DNA of 64,000 bases from Macrostomum hystrix (GCA_950097015.1 CATNEN010000001.1:26226001-26290000), one strand, 5' to 3'. Shown: positions 48,975 through 61,265, counted from the first letter of the stretch. Notes: generated by a model not told the origin, from the sequence alone. Translations and numbers: made by a program.

Positions 48975-49488
48975 GCCTGTTTGACGTTGAGGCTACCTGT
49001 TCGACACTGAAGCTACCTGTTCTGTTAGACACTGAAGCTACCTGTTCTGTTAGACACTGAAGCTACCTGTTCTGTTAGACACTGAAGCTACCTGTTCGAC
49101 ACTGAAGCTACCTGTTAGACACTGAAGCTACCTGTTAGACACTGAAACTACCTGTTAGACACTGAAGCTACCTGTTAGACACTGAAGCTACCTGTTAGAC
49201 ACTGAAGCTACCTGTTAGACACTGAAGCTACCTGTTAGACACTGAAGCTACCTGTTAGACACTGAAGCTACCTGTTAGACACTGAAGCTACCTGTTAGAC
49301 ACTGAAGCTACCTGTTAGACACTGAAGCTACCTGTTAGACACTGAAGCTACCTGTTAGACACTGAAGCTACCTGTTAGACACTGAAGCTACCTGTTAGAC
49401 ACTGAAGCTACCTGTTAGACACTGAAGCTACCTGTTAGACACTGAAGCTACCTGTTAGACACTGAAGCTACCTGTTAGACACTGAAGC
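48975..49488. repeat. 20-bp minisatellite (cctgttagacactgaagcta)
   Basis: About 20 near-perfect units plus slightly longer 5' variants. Confidence 0.97.
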
Positions 49489-50374
49489 AATATGCAGCTC
49501 GCTCTCCTCAAGCCTTAAAGAAATTTTAAAGGCAAAGCTAATTCAAGTGCGAACCCAGAGTTGGTTTTGTTAGTTGCGAAAATACGGTTTATTCCAGACG
49601 AAGTGACAGGGTAGAAAATAGCATCAAAGAGGATTTAAATATGCAATCAGAAATTAGGTAATTTGAAGCAGAGTAAGATATTTAATTTGCAAAAATAGCT
49701 TCTACAACAACGATTTCCACGATTAGTCTAAGCGATAGAATTCAGTTGTGCAGTGAAATTTTAATAGAGAAGCACAGACACACAAAGGTACTCGTTATTG
49801 TTGACTCAAACAGCTCGAATTAGGGGCGGACAGACAGACAGTTTTAGTTGTCTTATTACAGGCTTGCAGACTTGAACACCGCCAGGTTAGAGCAAGAAAG
49901 CCAAATGCATTCAGGCCTGAAGTGTGGGCTGAAATGTGAAACGTGGAAATTTAAATTAAGGGCTTCGAAAAAATAAACTTTTAAAATTGACGTATTAGCA
50001 ATTTCTGGGTCTTCTTTGGTGCTTACCCTGTTTTTTTTATTTTAGCCGAATTTGAAAACCCATGGTTTCATCATGCGCGTCAATGCGTGACTCAGATCAG
50101 TATTGCTTTGCAACTTTGCTTGCTTGTACTCAAATTTCTGAGCATATGTGGCTATTTTAAATTGACTAATTATGATGTTCCTTAGAATTAAAAAACTGAT
50201 CAACTGTCCTGCATCCAGTCAGTAGGTAAAAGGATCCATTGTGATTGTTCAGACATTCTCAGCTAGTGTCCGGTTTCACAGACACAAAACTGACAGAATT
50301 GGAAAATAAATCCTTTTCCCATCTTCTTAGGCAACTGAGACGACTGGGGCACAAAGTTGATTTGCCTAAAGTAC

Positions 50375-50757
50375 TAGACACACACCTGTTAGACATGACA
50401 GTGGCTAGTTAGTGTAGACACACACCTGTTAGACATGACAGTGGCTAGTTAGTGTAGACACACACCTGTTAGACATGACAGTGGCTAGTTAGTGTAGACA
50501 CACACCTGTTAGACATGACAGTGGCTAGTTAGTGTAGACACACACCTGTTAGACATGACAGTGGCTAGTTAGTGTAGACACACAACTGTTAGACATGACA
50601 GTGGCTAGTTAGTGTAGACACACACCTGTTAGACATGACAGTGGCTAGTTAGTGTAGACACACACCTGTTAGACAGGGCAGTGGCTAGTTAGTGTAGACA
50701 CACACCTGTTAGACAGGGCAGTGGCTAGTTAGTGTAGACACACACCTGTTAGACAGG
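50375..50757. repeat. 40-bp minisatellite immediately 3' of the Slo1 stop codon
   Basis: (tagacacacacctgttagacatgacagtggctagttagtg), about 9.5 copies. Confidence 0.97.
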
Positions 50758-50782
50758 CCACATTCACCAAAGCAGCGAGCCG

Positions 50783-53700
50783 TCAGCAGCGACCCTCCTC
50801 GGCAGCGTAGCGCAGCAGGCAGAACACGATGTCTGAGGCCAGCACAGCAAAGTCCGGCGGCGGATTGGTGACAACGTACCGGCTGATGAGCGTCTGCTCG
50901 CCCTCCTCAGGCGGGGTGATGTAGCGGTACAGGCCGATGCACAGGATGCCGTGCCGGTGCAGGGCTCCCAGGAACAGCTGTGAGTATTCGCTCTGGCTGT
51001 ACTCGCGCAGTCGCTCGTCGCTGACGGCAAGCTGGGCCACTCGGGCCCGGTCGCGATTGCGCAACGTCTCCGGACTGCAGAAGCCGCCGCGGATGCCGGC
51101 GCCCTCGGCCAGGATCTGCTCCAGCTCCGGGGTGGCGCCTCCGGTCACGAGGGTGCGGATGAGCGTTAGGGCGTTCTCGTTGAAGTAGGCCGTGCTCATC
51201 AGGGAGTCGAGAACGCTGACGGCGAAGGAGGTGCCGCAGGCGAACGGCTGGGTCATGTACAGCTCCGTGTCCGGGTCATCGTCATCGTCCTGCTCGAGGA
51301 ACTGGACGTTGGCGTCCACGGCTAGTTCGGTCAGGATGCGGACATTGTTGAGCCGTCGGGAGCGTGTGGTCTGCTCCACGGGCGGCGTGTCGAAGGTCAT
51401 GGCTTTGATGTTTAGCGAGCACAGAATGGCCTCCTTATCAACCAGGGTAGCGTCGTCGCTCATGCCGGTATTCTGCTTGGAGCTGAGCACAACGCAAATC
51501 TGGGCCAGGTTTATGTTGACGGCTCTTAGGTTGGACCTGTTCAGCGGCGAGCCGGGGAAGATGCTCAGCTTCGGGAAGGTCATCAGAGTCTTCCATTCGC
51601 GCCTCAGGTACTCCATGTTGCCAACGAAGATGATGTGCCGAAGCTCACTGTAGTGAAAGTTGCTCGCTCGAAGCGGCATCACGAAGCTCCTGAGGCCGAT
51701 TAGAGGGCTGGATGAGTCCGCGAACACGCACACGACAATGTGATTGCTGAAGATCGTCAGCGTCACCTGCTCCCTGTTCAGCACCACCTCCTCGTAGGGC
51801 ACCTCTGGGCACCAGTGGAACATTCCTGTGGAGTCAAACCTGCGCTCGGATTGCTGCTCGAGGATTTTGGCGTCATTCGGCGACAGGTAAGACTGTCTGC
51901 GGCTGCCAGCACCGGCCTCTTGACCTGCTGGAGTTACACTGCCACCAGATGGGCCAGCGGCGCTCCCACCAGCGCTGCCGTTGCCGGGGATCTGAGACGT
52001 CAGGTTCAGCGGGCTGTCCCTGCTGTGCCGGTTGCGGATGACCTGCCGGCCGGCCGGGCGCCTCGGGTTGGCGAGCTTGCAGCGGCAGCGCTTGATAAGC
52101 TCCGGGTCTGTCACATCGCTGTGGCACTGCTTGCAGTACAGATAGGCCTTCTTTACCTCCTCCGCCGACTGAGCGACGAAAAATCCCTGCGTGCCCGGGT
52201 GCACCTTGACGCCCTCCTTGGGGTTGATGACGATGCCACTCTCGGCCTCGACAGCGATGAGCAGCAGGCGCAGCTTGCTGAAGCACACCTCCGCCGCCGC
52301 TGGGAAGCTTAGCCCTTCGAAGGCTGGCGAGAGGAACTCCGTATACATCTCCATGCCGGCGCCCTGCAGGTAGTTGTTGAGCCAGCCGGGGACGCTCTTC
52401 CCCTCCCGGTAGCTGCGCATTGTGAACAGGTTCGCCAGCAGGGTGGAGAAGCCGAATGCCATGCAGCTCTGGGCTAGGAAGCCAAGCTTCAGCTCGGCCA
52501 CGCAGACAGCATCGTCACCCTGCTTCCAGTCCCAGCTGGGGATGTTCAGCAGGTAGGTTTTGTTGTGGTACTGCATCAGCTGGATGATCACCTTGATGCG
52601 GTCGCAGAAGTTCTTGATGGATATGACTCGCATGATGTTGGCCGCGTCCTCAGCGTCGGGGTCCGGGCAGTACTTGTTGGCCAGCACAAGGCAGGCGTCC
52701 GCGGACTCCAGGTCGACCCGGGCCAGATCTCTGGTGTTCATCACCGAGCCCTGGAAGAACTCCACCTGGGTGAAGTGGCGCTTCAGCAGGCCCTGCATTT
52801 CCAGGTCGGGCACGTGCTTGTCCAGCACCACAATCTGCACGTCGACATCCTCTCGATCCTCGTGCAGGAAGTCGCCAAGAAAATTGGCCACGGACTCGAA
52901 GGTGATGTGGCCGCACAGCACAATGTGCTGCTTGCCGGCCTCCTTGCGGAAGTGGCCGCCGTACTTGTTGCGCGAACTGAGGATGTCGGCGATCTCCGGA
53001 ATGGAGTTGGCGAACACCGCCAGACCGCCCATGATGACCAGAGCCGAAGCTATCCTGCCCGAGACTGTGGTGCAGTAGACATCTCCGTAGCCCACCGTGG
53101 ACATTGTCACGATGACGAAGTAGATGCAGGAGAAGTAGTTCATGTCAAACAGGACGTTCCGGTTGGTGAACAGAGGCGGGTCACCCGAGTTCTCCACCAG
53201 GTGAATGAAGCCGGCCGCCGTGAGGACCAGGGAGGCAAAGAATGTGATCAGCTGGAGCAGCCTGATGCCAGTGCTGGTCCTGAGGATGTTCAGGTACTGC
53301 AGGACGTCTGGCAGGCTGAGGATTCTCAGCGCCCTGGTGGAGCGCAGGCCGATCCAGTTCTGGTCCAAATAGATGGCCACGAACGACGGCGGGATGGTCA
53401 GGATGTCCACCAGGCTGTACATTTCGAACCAGAACCACAGCTTGTCCTGTGCGGCTATGAGCCGAATGAAGAAGTACACAAGAAAGATGACATTGAAGGC
53501 CAGGTCCACCTGCTGGGTGACGCTGTCTGACCAGGCCACGCACTCCTCGGTGTGCTGCATGCGTGCAGTGTCGACCTGGTAGACCACCAGAGAGGCCATG
53601 CTGACCAGGAACACCAGCACCACCAATATCCTGCCGGTGGAGGTCTGGCCGGAGATGAGCTCGCCGGCCCAGTCCTTGGCCTCCGTCAGCCAGCTGATCT

Positions 53701-53986
53701 CCAGCTGATGCGCGGTCTCGTAGTCGGCGACGGTGTCATCGTCTTCGTCGGTCTCGGGCGCGTAGTCCCGCTTGAAGCGGCGCCTCCCGGTGCGGAATCG
53801 CTGCGCCAGGCGGTCGATAAGGCGGCTGAGTAGGACGAGCAGAACTCCGCAGGCCAGCGAGACGGCACTGGAGGCCAAGAACACGTACCATCTGCGGTGC
53901 GTCACGCATGCGTCGGCTGGGGCTGCGGTGGCATTGAGGCTGGCTATGCTGCTGCTGCTGCTGCTGCTGAGTGCGGCTCCTTCCAT
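50783..53986 (-). CDS. KCNMA1: Large-conductance Ca2+-activated K+ channel alpha subunit (Slo1/BK), single coding exon, ~1067 aa
   Basis: [20 protein letters not shown]4 LRxxRALR, pore [12 protein letters not shown]1 [28 protein letters not shown], calcium bowl [21 protein letters not shown]; first ATG at 53986. Confidence 0.96.
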   Translation of the reverse strand: MEGAALSSSSSSSIASLNATAAPADACVTHRRWYVFLASSAVSLACGVLLVLLSRLIDRLAQRFRTGRRRFKRDYAPETDEDDDTVADYETAHQLEISWLTEAKDWAGELISGQTSTGRILVVLVFLVSMASLVVYQVDTARMQHTEECVAWSDSVTQQVDLAFNVIFLVYFFIRLIAAQDKLWFWFEMYSLVDILTIPPSFVAIYLDQNWIGLRSTRALRILSLPDVLQYLNILRTSTGIRLLQLITFFASLVLTAAGFIHLVENSGDPPLFTNRNVLFDMNYFSCIYFVIVTMSTVGYGDVYCTTVSGRIASALVIMGGLAVFANSIPEIADILSSRNKYGGHFRKEAGKQHIVLCGHITFESVANFLGDFLHEDREDVDVQIVVLDKHVPDLEMQGLLKRHFTQVEFFQGSVMNTRDLARVDLESADACLVLANKYCPDPDAEDAANIMRVISIKNFCDRIKVIIQLMQYHNKTYLLNIPSWDWKQGDDAVCVAELKLGFLAQSCMAFGFSTLLANLFTMRSYREGKSVPGWLNNYLQGAGMEMYTEFLSPAFEGLSFPAAAEVCFSKLRLLLIAVEAESGIVINPKEGVKVHPGTQGFFVAQSAEEVKKAYLYCKQCHSDVTDPELIKRCRCKLANPRRPAGRQVIRNRHSRDSPLNLTSQIPGNGSAGGSAAGPSGGSVTPAGQEAGAGSRRQSYLSPNDAKILEQQSERRFDSTGMFHWCPEVPYEEVVLNREQVTLTIFSNHIVVCVFADSSSPLIGLRSFVMPLRASNFHYSELRHIIFVGNMEYLRREWKTLMTFPKLSIFPGSPLNRSNLRAVNINLAQICVVLSSKQNTGMSDDATLVDKEAILCSLNIKAMTFDTPPVEQTTRSRRLNNVRILTELAVDANVQFLEQDDDDDPDTELYMTQPFACGTSFAVSVLDSLMSTAYFNENALTLIRTLVTGGATPELEQILAEGAGIRGGFCSPETLRNRDRARVAQLAVSDERLREYSQSEYSQLFLGALHRHGILCIGLYRYITPPEEGEQTLISRYVVTNPPPDFAVLASDIVFCLLRYAAEEGRC

Positions 53987-55790
53987 GCCCGCCAGCTGCC
54001 AGCTAGTCAACTAACTGGCTGCTCAAGACTTGGCAGATCCCGGTGTGTGCGAGCAATACTGTCCCAGGTCCAGTTAGCAACAAGATCCCAGTGACTAGCT
54101 CAGCTCCCGCTTATTAAGCTCTCATTCTAGTCGTCAGGCCAAGGCCCACTGCGATTGGCTTGGCAACCTCAGCTGTTTCCTGACTCCTCACCTCCGGGGT
54201 ATCTGGCCGCCTCCCGCGCCACCAACAATGTCCTTCTCCAATTTTCCCTACCAAAAGGTTAAAGAAAGACGCCGGTATAGGCAGGGCAGGCGGGCAGGAG
54301 AGGAAATCAGGCCCCGGTAGTGTAAAACACAACAAAACCAACCAGCCCTGTGGGATTCCCGCATGCGGGGGAGCTGCACACCAGTTTGCTTTTATTCAGG
54401 TCTGCATGGCTGAGAGCAGATTATAGCTGGGGGGTTCTCAACGGCTGCACTCAATGAGCAGTGAGAATGTTGCCTGCGGGAGCTGTTTGAGGGCGGCTGG
54501 TCTGAGTAGCCACAGAGACCCTGCGTTTTGCATTCACAGTTTTACACACGTGTGTTTTGCCCCATCGACAACTCTCACCTGCTCAATTTACCCGCGCCCT
54601 GGGCCTCATTTGCATTCTCATCAGTGCCTGCGGGGGGCTGATTGACACTTGGAACTGGACACTTTATTAACAGAATCTGTTAATGACTTGAGCACAAGTC
54701 TGAGTACGATCGGGCTGCTGAGCGGCCAACTGACAAGTGTGTCGCTGAGGACCGCCTTGATGGATAATGGCTTCTGCATTCTACGCCAGGTGTGCCCTGG
54801 TCAGTGCAAAGTTTCTTCAGTCACAAAAGCAAACAGACATCTGTTTATGCGATTCTGCTTGTCAAGCCTTTCCACAGGGATCTGTCAGCACGCTGCGTGA
54901 CGGGCCACTTGAACCTTTGAATCCGTCAGAAAAGTACCACAATGCCCCACCTACTTGACCTAAATTCTGGAATGTTCAAGAATAGTATCAAATCAGTTGT
55001 GAAGGAAAGTGTGTTCTCCATGCTGTGACAATGGAACCTTTTGTACTTTTAACATTCAGCAAGGAAAAGTTTAGTTGTGCAAATTTTTCATATTTTTGTC
55101 AGAACAGAGAAAATATCCACTGTGTGATGCGCGACAAGCCCCCAAGCCTTCTCTCCGCGGCTGCGCCCCAAATGAATGTGTTCCAACCGCGGATTCGAGC
55201 TCGTGACCGTCACGCAGGTATCACGCGGCATAGAAGCGCATTCACAGATAATGCGAAATTGAGTTTTGGCTGCTGTGAACTGTGATCATTTACAAGCAGT
55301 GAGCAGCCAACCAACTTGCCTCTGAGCCATCTGTGAGCAGTGTTTGATGAGCAAAAAAATCCCTGGCTAAAATTTAACTGCCTCGCAACAGATATTTTGC
55401 CTGCTCAGGCTAACTCTGTCATGACATCAACAGGCCAAGCATTAAATTTACATTTATCCCGGCAACATAAAAAATGCCCGACGGAAACAGGTCAATAAAG
55501 TTTTACTGCCGGTGGCTTTTCATGGTGGGAGAGGAAATTGAAGCCACAGTTTTATAGAACGTTTGTCTAGATAATACTACTTTAAGTAAGCAAAAATTGT
55601 TTCAGATATATCTTTAACATGCTAAAAATGCGTAATGTTACAAATATAATCAACTTGGTCAGGCCACGTGAATCGATCAAGGTTTTTCTGCTCTCAAAAA
55701 TTCACTAATTTGTCCCACGTGTAATTGTGCACTAATAGCGAATTTAAACAGGCCTCTGTTGCTAGGCAACCAGTCGCGTCAGTATCCGTG

Positions 55791-57747
55791 CTAGTGATTT
55801 GGCTTCTTGGAAACTCCACGAGCCAGACTGACTGATCCATGCCGACTGTCGAAAACGGCCCTGGAGGCGTCCTCCCTGCTCATGAGGTCGTTGAGCTCCT
55901 GCTCAATTCTGAGCAGTCGCGAGTTGGATTCGCTCTCCTTAAACAGTGTGTCCTTGCAGGTGATCTGGGCCAAGAGAGAGTGCAGCTGAGACTGCTCCAG
56001 GTTCTCGAACACGGCCCTGTGGTTGCGTCCCGGCTCCAGCTCAATGTCATGGATGAGGCTGTGAAGGCCGTAGTTCAGAGCTCGATTCTCCACTCCTTGC
56101 TTGGTGGCCAGATCTGAAGAATCGCTATGGCGAAGTCCCCTGGAGGCTACCATTACGAACTCTGGTGAGTTAGGCGCAGGTGTCACAGGTGTCAATAGGT
56201 CAACAGGTGTCACAGGTGTCAATAGGTCAACAGGTGTCACAGGTGTCAATAGGTAAACAGGTGTCACAGGTGTCAATAGGTAAACAGGTGTCAATAGGTA
56301 AACAGGTGTCACGGGTGTCAATAGGTCAACAGGTGTCACAGGTGTCAATAGGTCAACAGGTGTCACGGGTGTCAATAGGTCAACAGGTGTAACTGATTTT
56401 TGCAGTGGGTTACAAAAAGCCAGCGAAAAGTCTTTTTTCGCCCATTGCGATGACCCTAAGCATACGAGCATCCCCATTGGTAGGTTCGCGGGAAACACAC
56501 TCACACAGGTGTGACTATCTGACCTGGACTTCTTTATCGTCAGCTCTCTCACTATGAAGAGTGTAAAACCTCTCCTACCAGAGAGTATCTTATGAAACAC
56601 GAGATCCTACCAGACAGGTATCGCATGAAATACGGGATCCTACCAGACAGGTATCGCATGAAACACGAGATCCTACCAGACAGGTTTCGCATGAAACACG
56701 GGATCCTACCAGACAGGTATCGCATGAAACACGAGATCCTACCAGACAGGTATCGCATAAAGCACGGGATCCTAGCAGACAGGTATCGCATGAAACCCGG
56801 GATCCTACCAGACAGGTATCGCATAAAGCACGGGATCCTACCAGACAGGTATCGCATGAAACACGGGATCCTACCAGACAGGTATCGCATAAAGCACGGG
56901 ATCCTAGCAGACAGGTATCGCATGAAGCACGGGATCCTACCAGACAGGTATCGCATGAAACACGGGATCCTACCAGACAGGTATCGCATGAAACACGAGA
57001 TCCTACCAGACAGGTTTCGCATGAAACACGAGATCCTACCAGACAGTATCTTATGAAATACGGGATCCTACCAGACAGGTATCGCATGAAACCCGGGATC
57101 CTACCAGACAGGTATCGCATGAAACCCGGGATCCTACCAGACAGGTATCGCATGAAGCACGGGATCCTACCAGACAGGTTTCGCATAAAGCACGAGATCC
57201 TACCAGACAGGTATCGCATAAAGCACGGGATCCTACCAGACAGGTATCGCATGAAACCCGAGATCCTACCAGACAGGTATCGCATAAAGCACGGGATCCT
57301 ACCAGACAGGTATCGCATGAAACCCGAGATCCTACCAGACAGGTATCGCAGAAATACGGTGTGTTACTCACCAGTGCCGATGGAAGCGCCAATGGCGGTG
57401 GAGTCATCGTTAACAGCCTGCTGACTGATATTGGTGGAAATGTTGGGTTCCAACAAGTCCCGAGTGTCGCTGGTTGCGACGCTGAGCGGAAAGTACTGAC
57501 GAACAAGTTTGGTCTGCTCCTGCTCGATGGACGGAGGCTGGTGGGTGACCGCCTCGGCGCTGGGCTCTAGCTTGCGTTTCAGAGACACGCAGACAGGGCA
57601 GCTGGCGTCATGGCGGTTGCTGCACGCGTTTAGCATATTCCTAATCATCTCTTGGCGAGCGTCGGCAGACTGGCTCATATAGGTGACATCGTTAGGAATA
57701 TTTGCCGACCCATGGGTGGGATTCTGACGTGTTCCTCTACCAGACAT
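55791..57747 (-). CDS. Uncharacterised protein, probable exons 57747-57372 and 56161-55791 (~248 aa; a middle exon near 56400-56520 is not excluded)
   Basis: ATG ORF ending at G|GTGAGT; phase-compatible acceptor cctaactcaccag with a CTAAC branch point; both exons look coding; C-terminus is coiled-coil-like. Confidence 0.55.
56177..56392. repeat. 27-bp intronic minisatellite (caggtgtcacaggtgtcaataggtcaa)
   Basis: Visible tandem units. Confidence 0.92.
56591..57350. repeat. 33-bp intronic minisatellite (gatcctaccagacaggtatcgcatgaaacacgg)
   Basis: About 23 tandem units. Confidence 0.96.
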
Positions 57748-58299
57748 CTTCTAAGATTTTTCCTCTCAATCACAAAGCTGATAAAAACTTTAGCCAGTTA
57801 GATTAAATTAGCGATGGCTTTGAAGCAGCCAGTATGTCCGGTTGACTCTCCTCTAAGCCCTGTGGGTGACCCTTGGCCATAGACAGGTGTGCGAAGCGAG
57901 TTTCTTGAAAAGTACGTTTGTAAACTTCACAGATAGTCGCTATCTGTCATCAGCAAATAAATTCTTGTTGGACTTTGCACTTGGCAAAGCACAATACTTG
58001 CCTCCCAATTTTATATCGCTCCGTTGAGCTCTTCAGCTCGATGTGGGACCAGTTCGTGCCAGTATTTGAGCACAGATTTATGCATAATTCATTTGCGAAT
58101 GGTGCACTATTGTGCTAAGCGCCAGAAACTTCAAGCAATGCCGCCATTCCACACCCGAGTTGGCTGCTCTGCCCTTATCTTATCCGAATGCATAGCCAAT
58201 GCCGCATTCCAGATGCCGATAGAAAACCCGGTCCACGCGAAGCAGCCTCAGCTCGCACACTGAGTCTGGTCTGCCGACTGGAACACCTGAGCAGCAAAG

Positions 58300-59481
58300 A
58301 TGCTGGCCTTTCAAACTGATAATGACACCACTCAGCTCGCGGTCACGACACAACTATATCCTTTCAGCGAGTCGTGGAACACCTTCCACTGGAGCGTCTT
58401 CGTCTGGCTCTTTCCGACCCTCTGCTTCGTCGGCGGCTTCATGAATCTGCTCTGCTTCATCGCCATCCTTAAACACCGACGTCTGTTCCCCAGGGTCACT
58501 CGGCAGTTCATGCTCGTCATCAGCCTGAACGATGCCCTCATTCTGCTGGTGAAGGCTCCGACTCACTATCTGACGTACATGTCGCAGCCGTTCGTGTTTG
58601 AAGGCTGGACCTGGTTTACCAACCCGCTGTTCAGCAGTCACGCCGGCTGCATCGGCTACGTGTTCGTCACTCACTACGCTCTGTTCGGCGCGCCGTTCTT
58701 CCAGCTGGGCCTCACCGCGGACCGCCTGGTGGCTGTGGCTTCGCCCCTGCGAGCTCGCCGCATCATGACTGTGGCTAGAAGCACCGCTCTGATCGCTGTC
58801 GTGACGCTTCTGGCCCTGGTGCTGCCCACAATGCGAGCTGCCACCACCAGCTGGAACAGCAGCTCCAACGCCTGCATTGTGGGCAGCAACTCGGTGTACG
58901 ATTCCGTCTACGTGAAGCTGGAGCTGTTCTACGGCCGCGTGGCGCTCACTGCCTGCCTAGTTGCCGGCTCGCTTGTTGTCTGCGTCCTGCTTCGGAGATC
59001 CAACTTGGCTGCCGCTGCGAGCGCAGGACGGGCCGGACAAATTCCCGGCGCTCGAGCCGCCGCCGTGCGCAGATTTCGATCGCTGACTCGACTGAGCCTG
59101 CTGCTCGGCCTCTTCAATGCGGCCTTCTTGGTGTGCAACCTGCCCTGGAGTTTGGCCTCCATGCTCGAGCTCTCTGGGGCGCTGGAGCACCTGCCTCTCA
59201 GTACGAGAAATCTTGTGATTCGCCAGCTGAACACCCTCATGTACTTCCAGTGCGTGCTGAATGTCCTCGTCTACTTTGCTGGCGAGAGTTTCCGGCAGAA
59301 GTTCTTCGCAACTTTCTCGCACGACTGCAGCGGACGCAGCTGCTGCGGCAGGTGGGCCACCGCGGCAGTCGAAGCGAACGTCTTCTCGTTGAGCGGCACC
59401 ATCAGCCCGACCGCTGCCTGTGAGCGCTACCAAAGGCTCAGCCTGTCAACCTTTAGGAATGCGCGCGACTCGACAAAGTGA
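58300..59481 (+). CDS. Class A (rhodopsin-like) GPCR, probable peptide-receptor type, intronless, 393 aa
   Basis: Seven hydrophobic segments; TM1 GGFMN, TM2 SLND, TM3 Cys and ADRLVAV (DRY variant), TM6 FLVCNLP, TM7 NVLVY and helix 8 FRQKF. Confidence 0.9.
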   Translation: MLAFQTDNDTTQLAVTTQLYPFSESWNTFHWSVFVWLFPTLCFVGGFMNLLCFIAILKHRRLFPRVTRQFMLVISLNDALILLVKAPTHYLTYMSQPFVFEGWTWFTNPLFSSHAGCIGYVFVTHYALFGAPFFQLGLTADRLVAVASPLRARRIMTVARSTALIAVVTLLALVLPTMRAATTSWNSSSNACIVGSNSVYDSVYVKLELFYGRVALTACLVAGSLVVCVLLRRSNLAAAASAGRAGQIPGARAAAVRRFRSLTRLSLLLGLFNAAFLVCNLPWSLASMLELSGALEHLPLSTRNLVIRQLNTLMYFQCVLNVLVYFAGESFRQKFFATFSHDCSGRSCCGRWATAAVEANVFSLSGTISPTAACERYQRLSLSTFRNARDSTK

Positions 59482-59948
59482 CACAAATCAGATGCGGCGT
59501 TTGACCCATTTGAAAACATCATTGCTTGACACCGCATGCGTACTTTCTACTTGAACAGTTACACGAGTACTAGCTAACATTTTAGGTTGAATAGTATTCG
59601 CAAACACATGAATGCATGCATGAAAATTCTCACGGATTAATTGAGAGTCTAGAGATTTGCACAGGCTGTCACAGAGGGTTACCACCGTCGTTCACACGAT
59701 AAGCAACCATAGGGAGCCCCGCACGACCTGCCAACCCAATGGCAGGGACGTCAATATCTCAGAGATGTCAGAAATGTCAGAAATACGAGTATAGGAGTAT
59801 AGGGCATATCAGCTTTCCCTTCAAATCAGTGCAGTTCTCTGCAATGCCGGCAACTAAAACACAAGTCGCGGCTGCTGTCAAAGAAAGTGTTTCATAGTCC
59901 CTTTGTCATACGTTTCCGAGAAGGTAGTGAACACCTACATAGGCTAAT

Positions 59949-60160
59949 GGGCTGTAGCCTAGTGGTTAGAGCGTCGGACTTACGACTGGAAGGTCGGGGG
60001 TTCGAATCGCGTCTTCACAGGAACAATTTGTGTCCGTGGACACAAATGCTCAAGATACTTAACTCTGCATTGCTTCAGTTCATCCAGCTTTTAAATGGCT
60101 ACCAGCATTTGCTTAAGGTTTGGCTGTGGCGTCACCCCAGTCCATGGACTGAACTGATCG
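59949..60160 (+). mobile_element. tRNA-derived SINE
   Basis: A box tagcctagtggttagagcg and B box ggttcgaatcg followed by a non-tRNA body shared with the copies at 35752 and ~38800. Confidence 0.8.
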
Positions 60161-60439
60161 CGATTATGTCACTCGCGCTAATGTCACTAGCACAAATTCA
60201 GCCTCCCTAACAAATGACTACAATGTAGAAAGTTACAGTAGTATGCGAGCAATAATTTCTGCAAGAACAAGGACTACGTAAAAGTAATACTTGGGCTATA
60301 TACATGTTTCACTATTTTACCATTGTATTACAATGCTGATCAGGATTATATTACTATTAAGTAGTATTTGATAATAAGTGTCAAAGTCTTCAACATAAAT
60401 TGTTTTTTTAGAAAAAATATTTGAGAAGAGTGTATTATT

Positions 60440-61265
60440 AAACTCTGCCGCATTGTTTTGCTAGAGAGCCCAATGTAGCGCTCCAAAAACAGCAGATGTG
60501 TAACCTGTGACTCGACCGATTTCAGCCCGCTCTAGGCCTGCGTCACGCAGAGCAGCTTTGGCAGTCCCACGGTTACGGACTGTACAACGGAATCGATGAT
60601 ATGTCGGCCGAGGTTTTGATACCACTTACCACTCTCCACGGCATCCTCGCTACGGTACCAGCTGAGAAACAGGTTCGGCTTCGTGCACGTCGCAGAACGC
60701 AGCCCTACGTACTTCTTGTACAGGCAGACGGTGCATTTCAGATGATCCACGGTGTGATAGATGCGGCCCTGCTTCAGCGGTTTGTTGTACGTCTTCAAGC
60801 CTCCCTGGCGAGTCTTGGAAACGGTCGCTTCTTTATCATGTAGGCATTCATCCCAGCCATCCACTTCAAGAGAGCACTGCTTCTGGTATTCTAGCTCATG
60901 TAGCTCTCGTCCAGCTCGAAGGCCGAAAGCTTTTCCCAATGCAAAAATGAGGGTAAACAGCAGTTATTTCGGATTCTCATCGCCGAGGACTCCTCGGTCC
61001 AAGAAAGTACCTGCTCATCGGAAAACGTGGGATTTGTCCAGTTTAGATTCCCTTCGCGCGCAGTCTGCCTCATCGCGGCTTCCAGAGCGGCCCGAGTATC
61101 AGCGAACGCAGCGTCCGTCCAAATAGAGAAGGTCCTCTTCAAGGTGTGCTGATAATAGTGCTGTATTATACTAATGATGTCCTTCAATGAGCCAGGCTTA
61201 AATTTGTCACCATTCACTTTCCTGACCTCAAATATGAAAAACGGTAGCAGATGAACCCTGTACAT
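60440..61265 (-). pseudogene. Degenerate Crypton-type tyrosine recombinase (DUF3504, ZMYM/KCTD1-related)
   Basis: FIFEVRKVNGDKFKPGSL, FGLRAGRELHEL, SKTRQGGL, KCTVCLYKKY, WYQNLGRH and IGRVTGYTS...LERY spread across frameshifts and an in-frame stop. Confidence 0.8.

Noticed and set aside
50937-54094. Plus-strand ORFs antisense to Slo1 (and similar ones over the NACHT, SPNS1 and GPCR genes)
   Set aside because: Shadow ORFs caused by high GC at third codon positions.
1268-57350. Possible CRISPR-like arrays among the regularly spaced repeats
   Set aside because: All are head-to-tail repeats without unique spacers, in a eukaryotic context with no cas genes.
7871-57506. Long ORFs in the track over repeat arrays (e.g. 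7871-8670, 11856-12850, 28317-28850, 36265-37079, 40710-42046, 45395-46016, 46520-48182, 56552-57506)
   Set aside because: They are open in several frames only because the repeat units lack stop codons; several lie in introns or MITEs.
59949-60020. tRNA gene
   Set aside because: A and B boxes are present but there is no convincing cloverleaf, and the sequence continues into a body shared with other copies, so it is a SINE head.
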